From positions 9,176,001 through 9,240,000 of the forward strand of contig CM075980.1 in assembly GCA_038087875.1 (NCBI GenBank): 64,000 bases of DNA, in the 5' to 3' direction. Under the pieces are notes generated by a model that ran no database searches, was not told the origin of the DNA, and worked only from the letters and a program-made list of their open reading frames with translations. This stretch comes from Malacoraja senta. Lineage: Eukaryota. The position numbers were made by a program, and so were the translations under genes. How positions within the stretch are numbered: the first letter of the stretch is position 1; each line of letters opens with the position of its first letter. Shown here piece after piece: positions 36,130-49,844 of this stretch.

Positions 36130-38460
36130 GAAAGCATGAGTAAACCATGGCAGCCCTTCAAACCTACTCCACCATTTAATGAGGTCAGCATGTGACCTTT
36201 ACCCCCAATTCCACTTTGCTGTCCCATTCTCTCAATATTCAATTCTCCCAGTAGACCAGAAATATTTTTACCCCTTGAATGTACATAATAATTTGGCATC
36301 CACAACTCTCTAGAGCAAAGAATTACAAAGATGTGCAGCCCTTTGAGAATCAACACCGTAACTCTGAGGTTGCACAAATTGGCTCTGAAGTACCCTCACC
36401 ATGAGAACATCCCCACAATTCCTATCCTAAATAGTTTCCTCAGAATCATTTGTTTTATGAAATCGCTGCTTATCCTTCTAGCAAGCAAAATAACCCCAGA
36501 TTTCTCTGAACACCAACATTTAATAAGCTTGCACACTTAAATAATACCATACTTTTTCATTCATATTACCAAAGTGCGTTACTTCACACGGGCACGTGTT
36601 CACTCCATTTGCCATTATTCTGCCTGGTCACTAGCCTATCTATATTCCTTTTAAAAATTGTGTAATTCATCAAAGTGAAAAATTGCAATTGTTTATTTAA
36701 GATATGGCTCTGGCAGTGATTCCTGGGGCTTCATACTAGCCAAAGCTCGCGAGCTTGAAGATACCCTCCCTAACTTTACCCTGAATCCCACAAGCCCCAT
36801 ATCATGTGCAATAATCTTGTAAATTATACCATGAAATACCCATTGGAAACTCAAATAAAGGGCATTCACTGATTGCTCTTTATTTATCCTGCTGGTTGCA
36901 TTCTCAAATAAATTGAATGAATATATCAAATATGATTTATCCTACATAAAAACATGTGCTTTTAGAAGTACTTTGTTACTACTACTTAAAAGATAGATTC
37001 CAGTATTTGCTCATCAACTGGTTTTAATTAACTAGCATCTAGTTCCATATTTTCTCTCTCCCACTCATGAATAGCATTGTTACATTTGTTGTTATCCCTC
37101 TGCTGTAATCTTTTTAGAATGCTCGGAATATTGGAAGATTACAATCAGTGTGTCCATAATTTCTACAGTTCTTTTTGTTTTGAAGCATAGTGTCCAGAGG
37201 AAGCATCAGGTCCAGATGATTTGTCAGGCTTTAGTGCTTCATCAGTGCGTCTTATCTTTGCTGATGTGAATTAGTTTAAGTTCATAACTCCCTTTTGTCT
37301 TTGATTACGTATGATTAATAGTATGATTTTGATGTCTCCTACTGTGAAGGCAGACACAAGATTTGTTTAAATCTCAGCCATTTCCTTATTCCCCATTATT
37401 AATTTCCCTAACCAATCAATTTGACTTTGCCATTCTCTTATTTTTTATGTTGAAGCTCTTACAATCTGTTTTTGTAGTTCTTGCCACTTCGTTTTCTTCC
37501 TCTTAATTTATGTTGCGCCAATTTTTCTTTTTCTGGTTTCCAAGATTCACCCTCTCCTCAGGTCAATTACTTGAACATGGGAGCATGTCCCCCGGTCCAT
37601 GATGTCTCTGCCGAATGTGATGCCAAATTTAGTAATCCCTTATGCCTGCACATGATCTATATCACTCCTTTCCCTGCACATTCATGCCTAAAAACCTCTT
37701 AAATGTCACATCTAGCTACTTCCAACACCAATCCTGGCAGGGCATTCCTGGCACCTGCCACTTTCTGTGTAAAACAAAAAAAAACATCCTGCACATACCC
37801 TTTAAATTTCTCCCTCTGACAAACATTTAGCATTTGATATTCCACCCTGGATAAAAAAGATTCTGACTGTCTACCCCAGCTAAATCCCTCCTTAATTTAT
37901 AAGCTTCTGTGAAGTCTCCTCTCGGTTTCTGTCCCTCCAGATAAATCTATCCTCTCTTTATAGCTAATATCCTCCAATCCAGACAGCATCCTGCTAAACC
38001 TCTTCCATGCCCTCGCTTAAGCCTCCACATCCTATCTGCAATGGGACATCCAGAACTGCACACAATATTTCAAATGCACCCAACCAAAATTTGATTACGC
38101 AGTAACAAGAATTCCTATCTCTTTCCACCACTACCCTCTATTTTCTATGACTACGCCAGCACTGAATCAAAACCAACGTCATCTGGATCAGTCTACCATG
38201 AGGGACCTCTGTCAAATGCTTGACTGAATTACATGTACTGAAATACATGTAGAGAATATGATCCATTATCAACTTTGTTACCTGCTCAAAAAATTCATCA
38301 AGTTTCTCAGACAAGTTTCTCAGACACTCAGACACTCAGATAAAGTTTTGCTGACTGTTCTTAATTATCCCATTCTCTTCCAAGTGTGAATAAATCCTAT
38401 CTCAAAGCATCCTCTTCAATGGCTTTGCAACTGTGATGTGAGACTCACTGGCCTATAATG
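36130..38460 (-). mobile_element. Old CR1 LINE fragments
   Basis: Degenerate reverse-strand CR1 reverse-transcriptase and 3' segments. Confidence 0.65.
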
Positions 38461-39904
38461 ATCGCTACCATTAAAAATAATGCACCAACAACTATTTTTA
38501 GTAGTTTAAAACTTGAACAACTGAAGTTATCATTTACTAAACTAGAAAGGCACAAATATTTCCTTTATTTATTTATTTAACTGGCATTTTACATCAATAC
38601 GGTGTCCAATTACTCATTGGGTCATTGTCATCCACAACCACAACATTTGTCTATTTGATGCATGTATTTTTTTTAATTGGAACTCTTGTGACTTTTTGTG
38701 TTCTAAGTTTTGTAAAATCTGCTGCGTTTGTCATCAATATTTGCAACATTCTCTTTTGGTTGTGTTTAGTGTTTCACAAATTAATTATGGTGCTTCTCTG
38801 CTGTAACGCCATTTCACAGCCAGAGGGCTCTATCAGCTATTTAGAGAACTTTAACAATTCACTAACATGAGTGAAACAATATATATTAAATTGTCTCCTG
38901 CAGGTGTGTGAAAATAAATACTGCTTTGGTTTTCCTTTTGCTGCCATTAATTGAATATTCACACCAGCTTTCAGGTCATTCATTCCAATGCAATCACGAG
39001 ATAGGGGATGCAGTAGAATTTGATAGGAAGAGGACACACTTCACATTTCCACGCATTCTAAATAGATTAGCTATTTATGAGAGGATGCAATCTCTGTTGT
39101 ACAGTGACATTTCAAATGTATATAGGTCCATCGTTATTTAATTATGACTGCTGGGTAGTTAACCGATAGACCAAGATGGCAAAGGTCCATCATAATTGAT
39201 TCATGTTCAGGGAGGCTTCATTAGTAGATAAAGCTTGATAGGTTGTCTCTCATGATGAGATGGTATTGTGTAGCACTTCTTTATTCAATATCAGACGATG
39301 TTTTATGGATCTGTAAAGCTGCACGTACAATAACTATCCCAAGTGTACGTTTGTAACAAATGTGGTTATTATATAAATGTTAGAAAAAATGACAACATTT
39401 ATTTGTATGTGCATGTTAACCATGTATAATGAAAAATGAAATAAAGAAAGGTAAGATGTTAATCATAGTTTGTGTCGTAAATGGTTTTTGCAGATATTGT
39501 TATGTCTACGGGTATTAGTGGGGGGGTTTGTGACAGTAGGCATACCAGCACCTCCTAACAAGTTAATCTAGATTTTCAAAATTAAGAATGAAAATATTAT
39601 TTAAAGATTACTAAAGTTTAAAGAATATATGTTATTAATTAAAGTTGGTGGTCAGGCAACAGCTTAAATAGCTTCTAGGATGACAGTAGCTTCTAGGATG
39701 ACATAGACATCACAGCATTGAATTATATGCATCTCTGCATCTTTTTGTCTACAAAAAAAACACTTATATCTCAAGGCATTGTAATTCAGTAACTTAAATA
39801 TCCTAGGGAGAAAATAATTCTGAATGTTATCGATGTACGCTCAATTTAGTGTTAGAACTGCAAGCTGCGGAGTATTTAATCCGACTCTCTTTGTTGATTG
39901 ATAG

Positions 39905-40087
39905 ATGATGACCCAGTCAGGGTCCAAAGGAAAGCAAGGAGGTCCTTCCACTGTAGCAGGTCCACAAAAAGCCGGAAGCCAACTGGATAATATGTTGGAT
40001 GAATTACACGTTGGGCTGAATAAATTGGGAGTTGCGACTGTAGCAAAAGGAGTATGTGCTGCTTGCAAGAAACCTATAGCCGGACAG
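39905..40087 (+). CDS. PXN: Paxillin exon (LD5 and start of LIM1)
   Basis: Acceptor gatag; MMTQSGSKGK...GSQLDNMLDELHVGLNKLGVATVAKGVCAACKKPIAGQ; donor CAG|gtgaga; 183 nt. Confidence 0.96.
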
Positions 40088-40389
40088 GTGAGAACTATCA
40101 GGAATAAAAGTGATCTTCATTATTTTCTGAGATACTCGTTTTTGTTGGATGTTATAGATTTTCTTGAGCCAATTTTTTTCCATGAAACGATACTGTTCAA
40201 TAAAGACTATTTGTATAGTGAAATACTTTTTTATTGAAAGAAGGGTATGAAAGACAATAAATGTTTCGAACATGTTTAATGTGTATTGATGCAAATACAA
40301 TGCAGCTTATTGACACCTTGATATCTGTTCTTTTCATCAGAAAGGTTTGTACTGTATTTTTCACATTTCCTTATGAAAACAAAACGTGG

Positions 40390-41160
40390 AGTCCTAGTTA
40401 TACAGCAGGCAAATAGATCCTTCAGGCCAACTTGTCCATGACAACCAAGTTGCCCATCTGTGTTTGGCCCAAATTGCTCTAAACCTTTCCTATCCATGTA
40501 CATGTCCAATGTCTTTTTAACATTGTAATTGTACCTGATCCAACCACTTCAACTCGACAACTCGACAACTCGACAACTTGTGCCATATACCCACCACCTC
40601 CCTATGTGAAAATGTTGCCCCATAGGTCTCGTAGAAATCTTTCCCTAAACCTAAGTTCTCTAGTTTTAGACTCCCCTACCCTGAGAAAAGATTGACTATT
40701 CATCTTATCAGTGCTCCTCATAATTTCATATATCTCTATAAGGCTACCTCTCAGCCTCCAATGCGCAAGAGAAAAAAGGCCCCAGCCTATTCAGTTTATC
40801 CTTATTACTGAAGCCCTCCAGTCCTGGTCATATCAATGTGAATCTTCTCTGCATACTTTCCAGCTTTATGACATTCTTCCTATAGTTGTATGACCAGAAC
40901 TGCATACAATATTTCAAGTATGGTTTCACCAATATAATCTGACATCCCGACCTTTGCACTCAATGCCCTGACTAAGGAAAGGCAAGCATGCAAATGCTTT
41001 TTTCAGTACACTGTCTACTGTGTTGCTACTTTCAGGGAACTTTGTACTTGTAATCCTAGGTCTCCCTGTTCTACAACACTCTCCAGTGCCGTGCCATATA
41101 ATGTGCAAGTTCTCCCCTGGTTTAACTTGCCAAAATGCAACACTTCACACTTGTCTGAGT
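40390..41160 (-). mobile_element. CR1 LINE 3' fragment
   Basis: Reverse-strand CR1 ORF2 C-terminus and 3' UTR. Confidence 0.75.
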
Positions 41161-41423
41161 TATATACCTCAAACATCCAATTGTACAAAGCACAGGTATC
41201 AATATTACTAGAAACATGATAACCCCTTGATTAACAAGGCTTATTGTATGATTAAGTTAATGAAGTTGGATTGTGTGTTGCTTTTCTCACTTGTAAAGAT
41301 GTTTAAAGAGTGTTTATTCCAATGGATATACACATATCAGTTGAGCTGTTGCAAGTAAGAATTTCGTTGTTCCGTTACAGAACAGATGACAATAAAACAC
41401 TCTTGACTCTTATTTTCTGTCAG

Positions 41424-41597
41424 GTTGTTACTGCCATGGGTCGTACCTGGCACCCCGAGCACTTTGTGTGTACCCATTGTCAAGAAGAGATTGGCTCTCG
41501 GAATTTCTTTGAGCGAGATGGACAGCCGTACTGTGAGAAGGACTATCACAATCTATTCTCACCCCGTTGTTACTATTGTAATGGACCCATTTTGGAT
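41424..41597 (+). CDS. PXN: Paxillin exon (LIM1 to LIM2)
   Basis: [58 protein letters not shown]; acceptor ctgtcag, donor gtgagt. Confidence 0.98.
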
Positions 41598-41647
41598 GTG
41601 AGTATCTCTGATGTCTGCAGAGTGTTGGATAAAAACAGGATACTTAA

Positions 41648-43672
41648 AGCCCTGTCTCACGGTGCAAGTTGACCCACGAGGTACCCCGAGCGAAAGACTC
41701 GTGGTTGTGCATGAGATTCCAAGTGTATGATCAAGAGTTTAACCGAATTCCCACGGGTATGACTCAAGTTTGCCGTTAACTGTCATTTCTGCGATGTTCC
41801 AAGTTCGTCTCCCGAGTTAACAAGTTCCTTTCCCGAGTTACTCTTGAGCCAACCTTCAATGAAGGTCTGTTTTAATAAGCAACATCTCCATCCTGCGGCT
41901 TTGAGTTAAAGATAGAATTCAGCGCGGCCGCATCTATTGATGTGACCTACAAAGGGAAAATGCGCACCGTCCAGTGCCAGAGCAGTTATACTGATGATTT
42001 GTTTGAAACACACATCACGTAGTTAGAAGACCAGCAGGCAGAGGTTTGCTATATTTTAATTGAATTTACTGCCAGGTCTACACACTGCGGGGAGACTGGA
42101 GATGAAATCTTTGAATGTGCACGGATGCGCACATCAGATTTTTGGGAGACGGAGCTCAGGGTTCGCCTCCTGAGCTGCTTTGGTGCCCAGGCGTGAGTTG
42201 AGGTGGAGGGAGGTTGGGGGGGGGTCAGGTTAAACTCACCCATTTGACAGGCAGAGGATTACGAGGATCCAGCGAGACTCGGACTGCATGGAGAGCCGAG
42301 ACTGCCCCGCTGGTGGCCAACTTCCCCCTGTCCTCCGTCGCCGTTCCCAGCCGGCCGGCAGGAGCTGTGCATGGAGCCCGCCACCGGAGTCGTGTCTGAC
42401 TGCCTGGGCAGCCTGAGGGAGGCAGATGCACCCTGCCCGGGGAGAGGCCGCGGAGAGACTGCGGGGGGAGTACCTCACTCTGACTGTGATAGGGAGAGAC
42501 ATAGGCGCACACACACACACACACAGTGTGGAGTTCCTCTGACTGACTGACTGTGTGTGGGTGTGGGGGGTGGGACAGAGAGAGAGAGAGAGACACACAC
42601 ACACAGGCAGCGTGGAGTACCTTTAACTGTGTGTGGGAGAGAGAGACAGAGGCAGACACACACACACAATGGGCAGTGTGTACCTCAGTCTGTGTGTGTG
42701 TGTAGGGGAGAGAGAGACACAGAGACAGTGTGGACCTCTGACTGTGTATGAAGGAGAGAGGGGGAGAGAGGCACAGAGGCAGTGTGGTGTACTTTGGCGT
42801 GACTGTGGGGGAGAGAGAAAGAGCGCACAGGACCTCGGTCTATCTGTGTGTGTGGGAGGGAAGAGAGACTAAGCAGAATACATCGGTCTTATTGTGTGTG
42901 GGGAAGAAAGAGAGAGGTGGGGGGGAGAAAAAGAGAGGTGGGGGGGAAGAGAGAAATGGGGGGAGACGTATATACACACAAAGCAGAGTTTTACTGTGTA
43001 TGTGGGAGACACAGATGGACTTACACAGATGGACTTACCTCGGTCTTACTGTGTGTGGGAGGGGAGAAAAAGACGTACACTCACAGAGGCAGAGTCTCTC
43101 AGCCTGTGTGAGAGGGAGGGATGGAGAGAGAGAGATACACACACACAAGGTGGATGTGAAATCTCACCTGCCTGTTTCAGTGACTGGCACCCACCGCTAG
43201 TGAATGAAGACACCCCCATCTGTCTCCCCCTCCTCTCCCTCCACTCTCCACCCTCTCTCCTCCACCCCCCCTCCCTCTTCCAACCCCCCACTCCCCCCAA
43301 TTTGGAAATGTCATCCCATCACCCATTCCTTCTCTCCAGAGATGCTGCCTGCCCGCTGAGTTAAAGAGTTCCCACGGTAGAATCACGAGTCACTAAGGTA
43401 AACGCACGGGCCACTACGTTCTTACAACGTGTTTAAATGTTTCAAATTTTAACCTCAAGAGTACATTTTACTCGTGGAAAAGTTTAAACATGTTTGAATT
43501 TTTCCAAGAGTTAACAAGTGTCACGGGTACCTGCCGTTAGCGCCAAGAGTCGCTAAGTTGCATCCACGAGTTCCGACGTTCCCGCTACGTTAATCGTATG
43601 TGATTACCACGAGTTAAATTTGTTTTAAGCTCAGGGTACCTCGTGGGTCAGCTCGCACCGTGATACAGGGGT
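41648..43672. mobile_element. About 2-kb non-autonomous DNA transposon (Harbinger- or Kolobok-like) with simple-repeat cargo
   Basis: ~45-bp terminal inverted repeat AGCCCTGTCTCACGGTGCAAGTTGACCCACGAGGTACC...; TTAA on both flanks; reiterated subterminal CACGAG/CGAGTT motifs; (CA)n/(GA)n-rich interior. Confidence 0.82.
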
Positions 43673-43713
43673 TTAATACTGTCAATGATAAGAATAAACA
43701 AAGCTTGTATATA

Positions 43714-44584
43714 CAGTAAAACCTCACTCTAACGGGCCATGGGGTGGGGGGGGGGGGGGGGGGGTGGTATCCATGATTGCCGATTGTCCATTATTCCTGA
43801 GTAAGGTATATAAACAAACTACTACAGATGGTACGTTAATACACAAAAGGACACAAAAAGCTGGAGAAACTCAGCAGATCAGGTTGCATTGTTGGAGAAC
43901 ATGGATAGGTGACTTGGGGACCATTCTTCAGACTGATTCAGTTTGCTTAGTTACTTCAGCACATTGTGTCGTTTCACCTTGAATCTAGGTGCCAATGTCG
44001 CTGGTCTGCACCAGCGAGCCGTTTATAATGACTTACAGCAGGTTCGGGTGAGAGGGCTGTTGTTGCGGCTCTCATTGTACCCCTGGGTCAGCAGCGCTTC
44101 CTTCAGGCTGCTGCCTATAAGACGTGTTTGATCACTCTGAGACTCCCTACCCTATCGCCTGCTGCTGCTTCCAAGGTGGAGTATGTTGGCAGCTCCTGGG
44201 GAGGAGGAGGTGGTGGAGGTGGGTGGGGGGAGAAGCCGAGTGGACAGAGCAACGGGAGAAAGAAGAGACGTTGATGGTCGAGTGGGGAGCGGAAGCAGCA
44301 GCAGGCAAGAGGGGAGAGAGGTCCACAGTGACCGAGCACGTCATGTCAGTGGCGACGGCCTGAAGAAAGCGCTGTCCCCAGGGGCTACAACATGAGCCGC
44401 AACAACAGCCGTGTCACCGAACCATGCGATGGGTCAAGAAGGGCTCGCTGGTGCACCTTGCTAATCGAGAGTGGCGTCGGAAGCAGGGGCTCTAAACGTC
44501 CGGGGAGCTGGGGATGGATCATCAGGTCCATCCGTTACAACCAAAATCCATTATAAAGGGGTCCGTTAAAACGGGGGTTTACTG
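43714..44584. mobile_element. Tc1/mariner (Tigger-like) MITE with an internal palindrome
   Basis: TA|CAGTAAAACC...GGTTTACTG|TA; inverted arms at about 44007-44172 and 44291-44456; nested Penelope-derived piece at about 43850-43970. Confidence 0.8.
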
Positions 44585-44831
44585 TACAATAAAGCTTTGT
44601 ACGTCCTGGAAATATTTATTTCAAAGATTATTTCTTTACTGATGTAAGTAGGGTAAATTAAGACCTGAAGATACTGGGAATGAGATTTTAAGATTTCTTG
44701 AAGACAAATATTGTGGAGCTATGTTTGGGCTACCTATATACAGCATTGATAGTATTGTGTCCCTGGTCAACTCTGAACTGCAGTGCTTCATTTTTCACTA
44801 ATGGTTTCTTTCTTTTTGCCTTTTCTTGCAG

Positions 44832-44913
44832 AAAGTGGTGACTGCACTGGATCGAACATGGCATCCTGAACACTTCTTCTGTGCTCAGTGTGGTGCTTTC
44901 TTTGGGCCAGATG
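44832..44913 (+). CDS. PXN: Paxillin exon (LIM2)
   Basis: [27 protein letters not shown](G); acceptor ttgcag, donor gtatga; 82 nt. Confidence 0.98.
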
Positions 44914-46275
44914 GTATGATACTCTCTCTGTTGCGTGATGTTTTATATAGTTGGGCCATTCCAGATTTTATGTTTTCGAATTGTTCAATAAAATTACTAC
45001 TTAGCAATGTATTCCAGATTCCAGTGTTGACCTATCCTTGTTATGGCCAAGCCAGGCAGCATGTAATGTCTTTAACACAATGGAAATAGTTAAAGAGGGT
45101 TGCACTAAGATAACCATTAAATCATTGCAGCGTTGTTTGGCCATCTTGATTAGTCAATTTTCAGCATTTTTACGTTCTGTGTGACTGGAACAAAAAAAAT
45201 AGGTACTGCTCATATACTATGAAACATATATTGAACTTGTATGTGGGCCATGCACAATGTAGTTATTTGTTCATTACGGCCAAGTATTTCAATCACTTTA
45301 TTATATTATCTCCTTATTTTCTGTTCCGTGTTGTGATATTTAATCTTGCGTGTTATGTCCTAAGTAGATTTAGCTGAATAGAATCATTACCCACTATTAA
45401 GCATTATGTCAGGTTAAAATTCTTGATTTTCATTGAGATTGATGTTATTCAAGCATATCAACATGTAAGCGTTGCTGAATAAAGCATGTAGTGTATTTTC
45501 TGCAAGTGAGCATTTGCACCTTTATGTATAATTTTTGTTTGTTCTTATTCTATGTCAGTTATTTTTTATGAGAAAAAAATACTTTCTAAGTCATCAAAAT
45601 CTCAAATATGCTTAGTGTAAATTGGAGACAAGGTCAGGATGCTGTGTGCAGAAGATGTTGCCACTGCAGGCTCAATATACTCAATAAAGTAAATCAAGCC
45701 GAGAAAAAGGTCATTTGTCCATTACTACATATGCCAACTACCTCAATCACTAAAGACAATCTTGACAGGGAAATTATGACAATTGTTCTGAAACTTTCAA
45801 TTCATTTCTTAGACACACTCGATTAAAAGGCCTGAGTCATTGGGTGACTATAATAACATTGTTGGTCTGTTTAATTAAAATAAAAAAATAAACATTTTTA
45901 ATAAATATTACTTTATGACTTCCCTTCCTTACTGTAATCTCAAGCCAAAGATTTTGAGTGATCTTTTCATTCTTTACCCCAATGCTGCTATATTTTTATT
46001 CATTGTAGAAATTAAGAGAATTTTAAAACAGCTTGTGCTTAACAATTCCTTAGCACGTGTGGAATAAGAGAATCCAGAATGCCTATTTTTTCCATGTTTT
46101 CACAACATGGTTGGAGATTTTCTCATTATTTTCTCTTCACAATATTGCTGCTAATAAAGAACTAAAGGAATTTATTCATTTTACTTGATCTAATCTAACA
46201 TGCAACATTTTCGCAAGTGGCATTTAATGAAGATATAATTGTAAACAGTATAACAGTAAAATCCTTCTTTTGCAG

Positions 46276-46424
46276 GATTCCATGAAAAAGACGGGAAAGC
46301 CTATTGTCGCAAAGATTACTTTGACATGTTCGCTCCAAAGTGCGGTGGCTGTGCACGAGCGATTCTAGAAAACTATATCTCAGCCCTCAATTCACTGTGG
46401 CACCCAGAGTGCTTTGTGTGCCGG
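46276..46424 (+). CDS. PXN: Paxillin exon (LIM2 to LIM3)
   Basis: (G)[49 protein letters not shown]; acceptor ttgcag, donor gtgaga; 149 nt. Confidence 0.98.
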
Positions 46425-49400
46425 GTGAGAGAAGCAATTAATCAATGTTTGCTTCAGAAATTGTTGTTAAACATTAAAGTAATTAAGTCCTTAATGTTAT
46501 ATGTTAATAAATATGTTAGATTTTCAATGAAATAGTGCATCATGTTGTGTTAGAACCGAGATTAAGTATTTAATCGGATAGCAGGAATGATGATGCATTC
46601 TGTTGAAGTGTGGAGGTTTATTGAATCTGCAGAGTAGTTTAAATCCATGACAGCACTTGATAGCAAAGCTGGGACAACTTTGGGTAGCAACAAAAACTCA
46701 TCATCAGGTGAATTCTAAAGCTGCATTGCTAGGCATGGAATATTAAATTCATCACTTTCTCGTGTGTGCCAGCACAATCTTTGGAATTATCTCGGGAAAA
46801 CATTACAGCAGGTCAGAAAGGTGACTCCTCAGTCCCACCAATTGTTGCACAATTGAATTTGCAAACATTGATCTTAAGACTGAAAGTAGGGGACCCGAAA
46901 CGTCACCTATCCTTTTCCTTCAGAAATGCCGCCTGTCCCACTGAGTTGCTCCGGCACTTTGTGTCCATCATTGGTATAAACCAGCATCTGCAGTTCTTTG
47001 TTACTATGGTCTGCCAACAAAGCTTGCTAATCTCAAGGGGCAAGTAAAGAGGAACCTGAATTACAATGATGCCAAAACTGCTTTGTTACTATGCCTTGAC
47101 TACTGATGCACATATCTTGCCCACTTTCGCACATATCTTAACAGCTGGAACCAAGCAAATCAACATGATAAATATGTGTATGATCAATCAAGAGCAAAGA
47201 TAGATTACAATGTACTCTTAGTCATCCATGGGAAATGGAAGCTACCTGTTACATGAATATGCTGGTTCCACGAGACTTGCCAAATAAAAACACTGGTATT
47301 CTCTACGGGAAAATTTAAATAAATTGCAGAACCAAATGTCATCTCCTTACTCCTTATAAATAATAATATTACTCCGTAAAATTGTAGGAATGCAGAACTC
47401 TTCTGAGAGAAGATATACAGTTCTAGCTCTTGCGAGCAACTCCTATTCTCATGAGATGGAGCATCAGTTAGGCTGTGAAAACTCAAAGCATTTTTCACCA
47501 TTACACCAGAGCTGTAATGATTGTCGACTTAGCTGTTGTGGCAGAGGTTTGAGCTTCCACTGTTGTGCATATATTGGGTGGCTTGAGCCTGTGCTGCAAC
47601 GGAGGGTACAATCTCTGCTGCTGGGTGCTGCGTCATTAATTGTGTGTGCATTGGCATGGAACGGATCACCACTTGCATGCTGGAAAGAACAGGCTCCAGA
47701 TCTCGCACAAAGCAGTGAGCACGGTTGGAAATTTATTTTGCAGTTATAGAATATTTAACATCAAAAGCTCAAGATCTCATGCTCCTAGATATCTTGGGCG
47801 GGTGTTCAAACAGGTTAGGTCTTTCCCCCAGAATATGCACGTGCATATTCATCAGCCTTAATTTGCAGGCTATCCTATTATTGTTCTCATCTGACTCCTG
47901 CAAAACCGAACCGGTATATAAGATACCCTCACATCTGTTAATTTTTCCCTGCACTGGCTAAAGATTACTTATTCCTGGTGTCTCACTTTGGACAAATAAG
48001 CCTGTACCATCTACGATGTAGCAGGATCTGAGCTAATGCGACAATCCCCTCAGCTGATAGGGCAGGAATAATAAAAATAATAACAAAATCTGTTTTGTTC
48101 CACCTCCACTATGTTGTCACAGCTTCATTCCACACGCTGTCCTGGTCACCACTTCTGGGTCTGCCATAAATGAACTTCTTATGCCATTATATATTTATTT
48201 TGTGCATGTTGGGACTAGCCTGGGAATGCTCAGCCTTGTCCCAATTGTTGAGCCAATAACCTCTTTATTGGCTCAACAGGAAAATTGTCATCTACATGAA
48301 AATCATACTGAGCAGGCAATTTTCCTTTGAATATGGGACTGTTGGTAAGCCTGCCTTGTACCTTTGCATACTTAACCTCGCTATACCTATAATAATTTGC
48401 ACCTCATTTCACTCACCCACCTACCCACATGTTGATGACCTATGTTATTCCTGAATTGGTTACAATTCATTTTAATGTCTGTTCTTTTTCAAATCCTTTG
48501 GCTATACCTCCACCTGCAAATCTCTATACCTCAAGTTTTATCTATTTCATTGCTCTATCATTATTGCTTATGCCCACCTGTCTTGGTCCTAAGCTTTGAA
48601 AACCCTCCGCAGCTTCAACTTTGTTTTTGTTTTATTTCTGATCTTCCCCAACATAACATTCACAAAACCAGAATTGATATTATGCCCTTACTACTAGAAA
48701 TAGAACTAGAATTAGTACTTGTAATCAGAAAAAGACACAGTGTGTCACAATACAGTACAACAAAAGGAGACTGCAGCTCATAAATAGTCCGGTCCTTTTA
48801 GAAAAGTATTTTAAAGAATGTTGTTCCCAAGCTGACTAACCAATTTTCAATTTATTTTGTGCAATGTGCCTAAGTCGTGAGCTGTTTTAATTGTGGTTTT
48901 ATTCTGCGCGATGGGTTTTCATCACATTATGTGTACATGCAAAATATTGTTTTCCTTATGCATTAATATGAGCAATATTTAACACCAGTGATTCTCGTCA
49001 TTTAAAAAAAAATCCTACCTCTGATATCTACATAACCTTTGATTTTTACAGGTAAACTAAATAGGAGGGGAAAAAATAACTTGGGTTGTGATTTCTGACA
49101 ACTTAATTTAAATAAAAATTGTGGACGTCTGATGTTCAAGTTGCACAAGAGAAGAGGGACTGAATACCTTGCTACATAATATCTTGTTGAAATATTTTAA
49201 GAAGAGACTTCCATAGCAGTATTAATCTGTTCATGGAATTGTGATGTCAATTTATATTCTAAGCATTTTGAAATGACACAGATGTTGAACTGAAATAAAA
49301 ACATTTGCAGCATTTATTTCTGACACTGACTGAAAAAAAGTGAAACTCCTCGAGACAAGATTTTAAGATTTGTAACATTTCCCTCCACCTAACCCCAGGA

Positions 49401-49577
49401 GATCAATTGTTAGACAGTTTCAGAATAGTTCATACATAATCATATCCTAACCCTCAATATTGCCATGTGTATACTTACTTTGTACATGACATTGCTGATG
49501 AACTGAGGATATGCATATCTGAAATTTATTTATAAAACCTTCTTGGTAAAGTCTACTTTTTTCTGTTTCATTTACAG

Positions 49578-49844
49578 GAATGTTTCACCCCATTCATAAA
49601 TGGCAGCTTTTTTGAACATGAGGGTCAGCCGTATTGCGAGATGCATTACCATGAGCGTCGCAACTCACTGTGCTCTGGATGTCAGAAGCCTATCACAGGC
49701 CGCTGTATCACTGCCATGGGAAAGAAGTTCCACCCAGAGCATTTTGTCTGTGCCTTCTGCTTGAAACAGCTCAACAAGGGCACCTTCAAAGAGCAGAATG
49801 ACAAGCCCTATTGTCACAACTGCTTTATCAAGCTCTTCTGTTAG
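49578..49844 (+). CDS. PXN: Paxillin last coding exon (LIM3 to LIM4, stop)
   Basis: [88 protein letters not shown] then TAG. Confidence 0.98.
   Translation, partial: ECFTPFINGSFFEHEGQPYCEMHYHERRNSLCSGCQKPITGRCITAMGKKFHPEHFVCAFCLKQLNKGTFKEQNDKPYCHNCFIKLFC

Noticed and set aside
42225-43386. Several overlapping 60-156 aa ORFs
   Set aside because: Products of (CA)n/(GA)n low-complexity sequence inside a transposon
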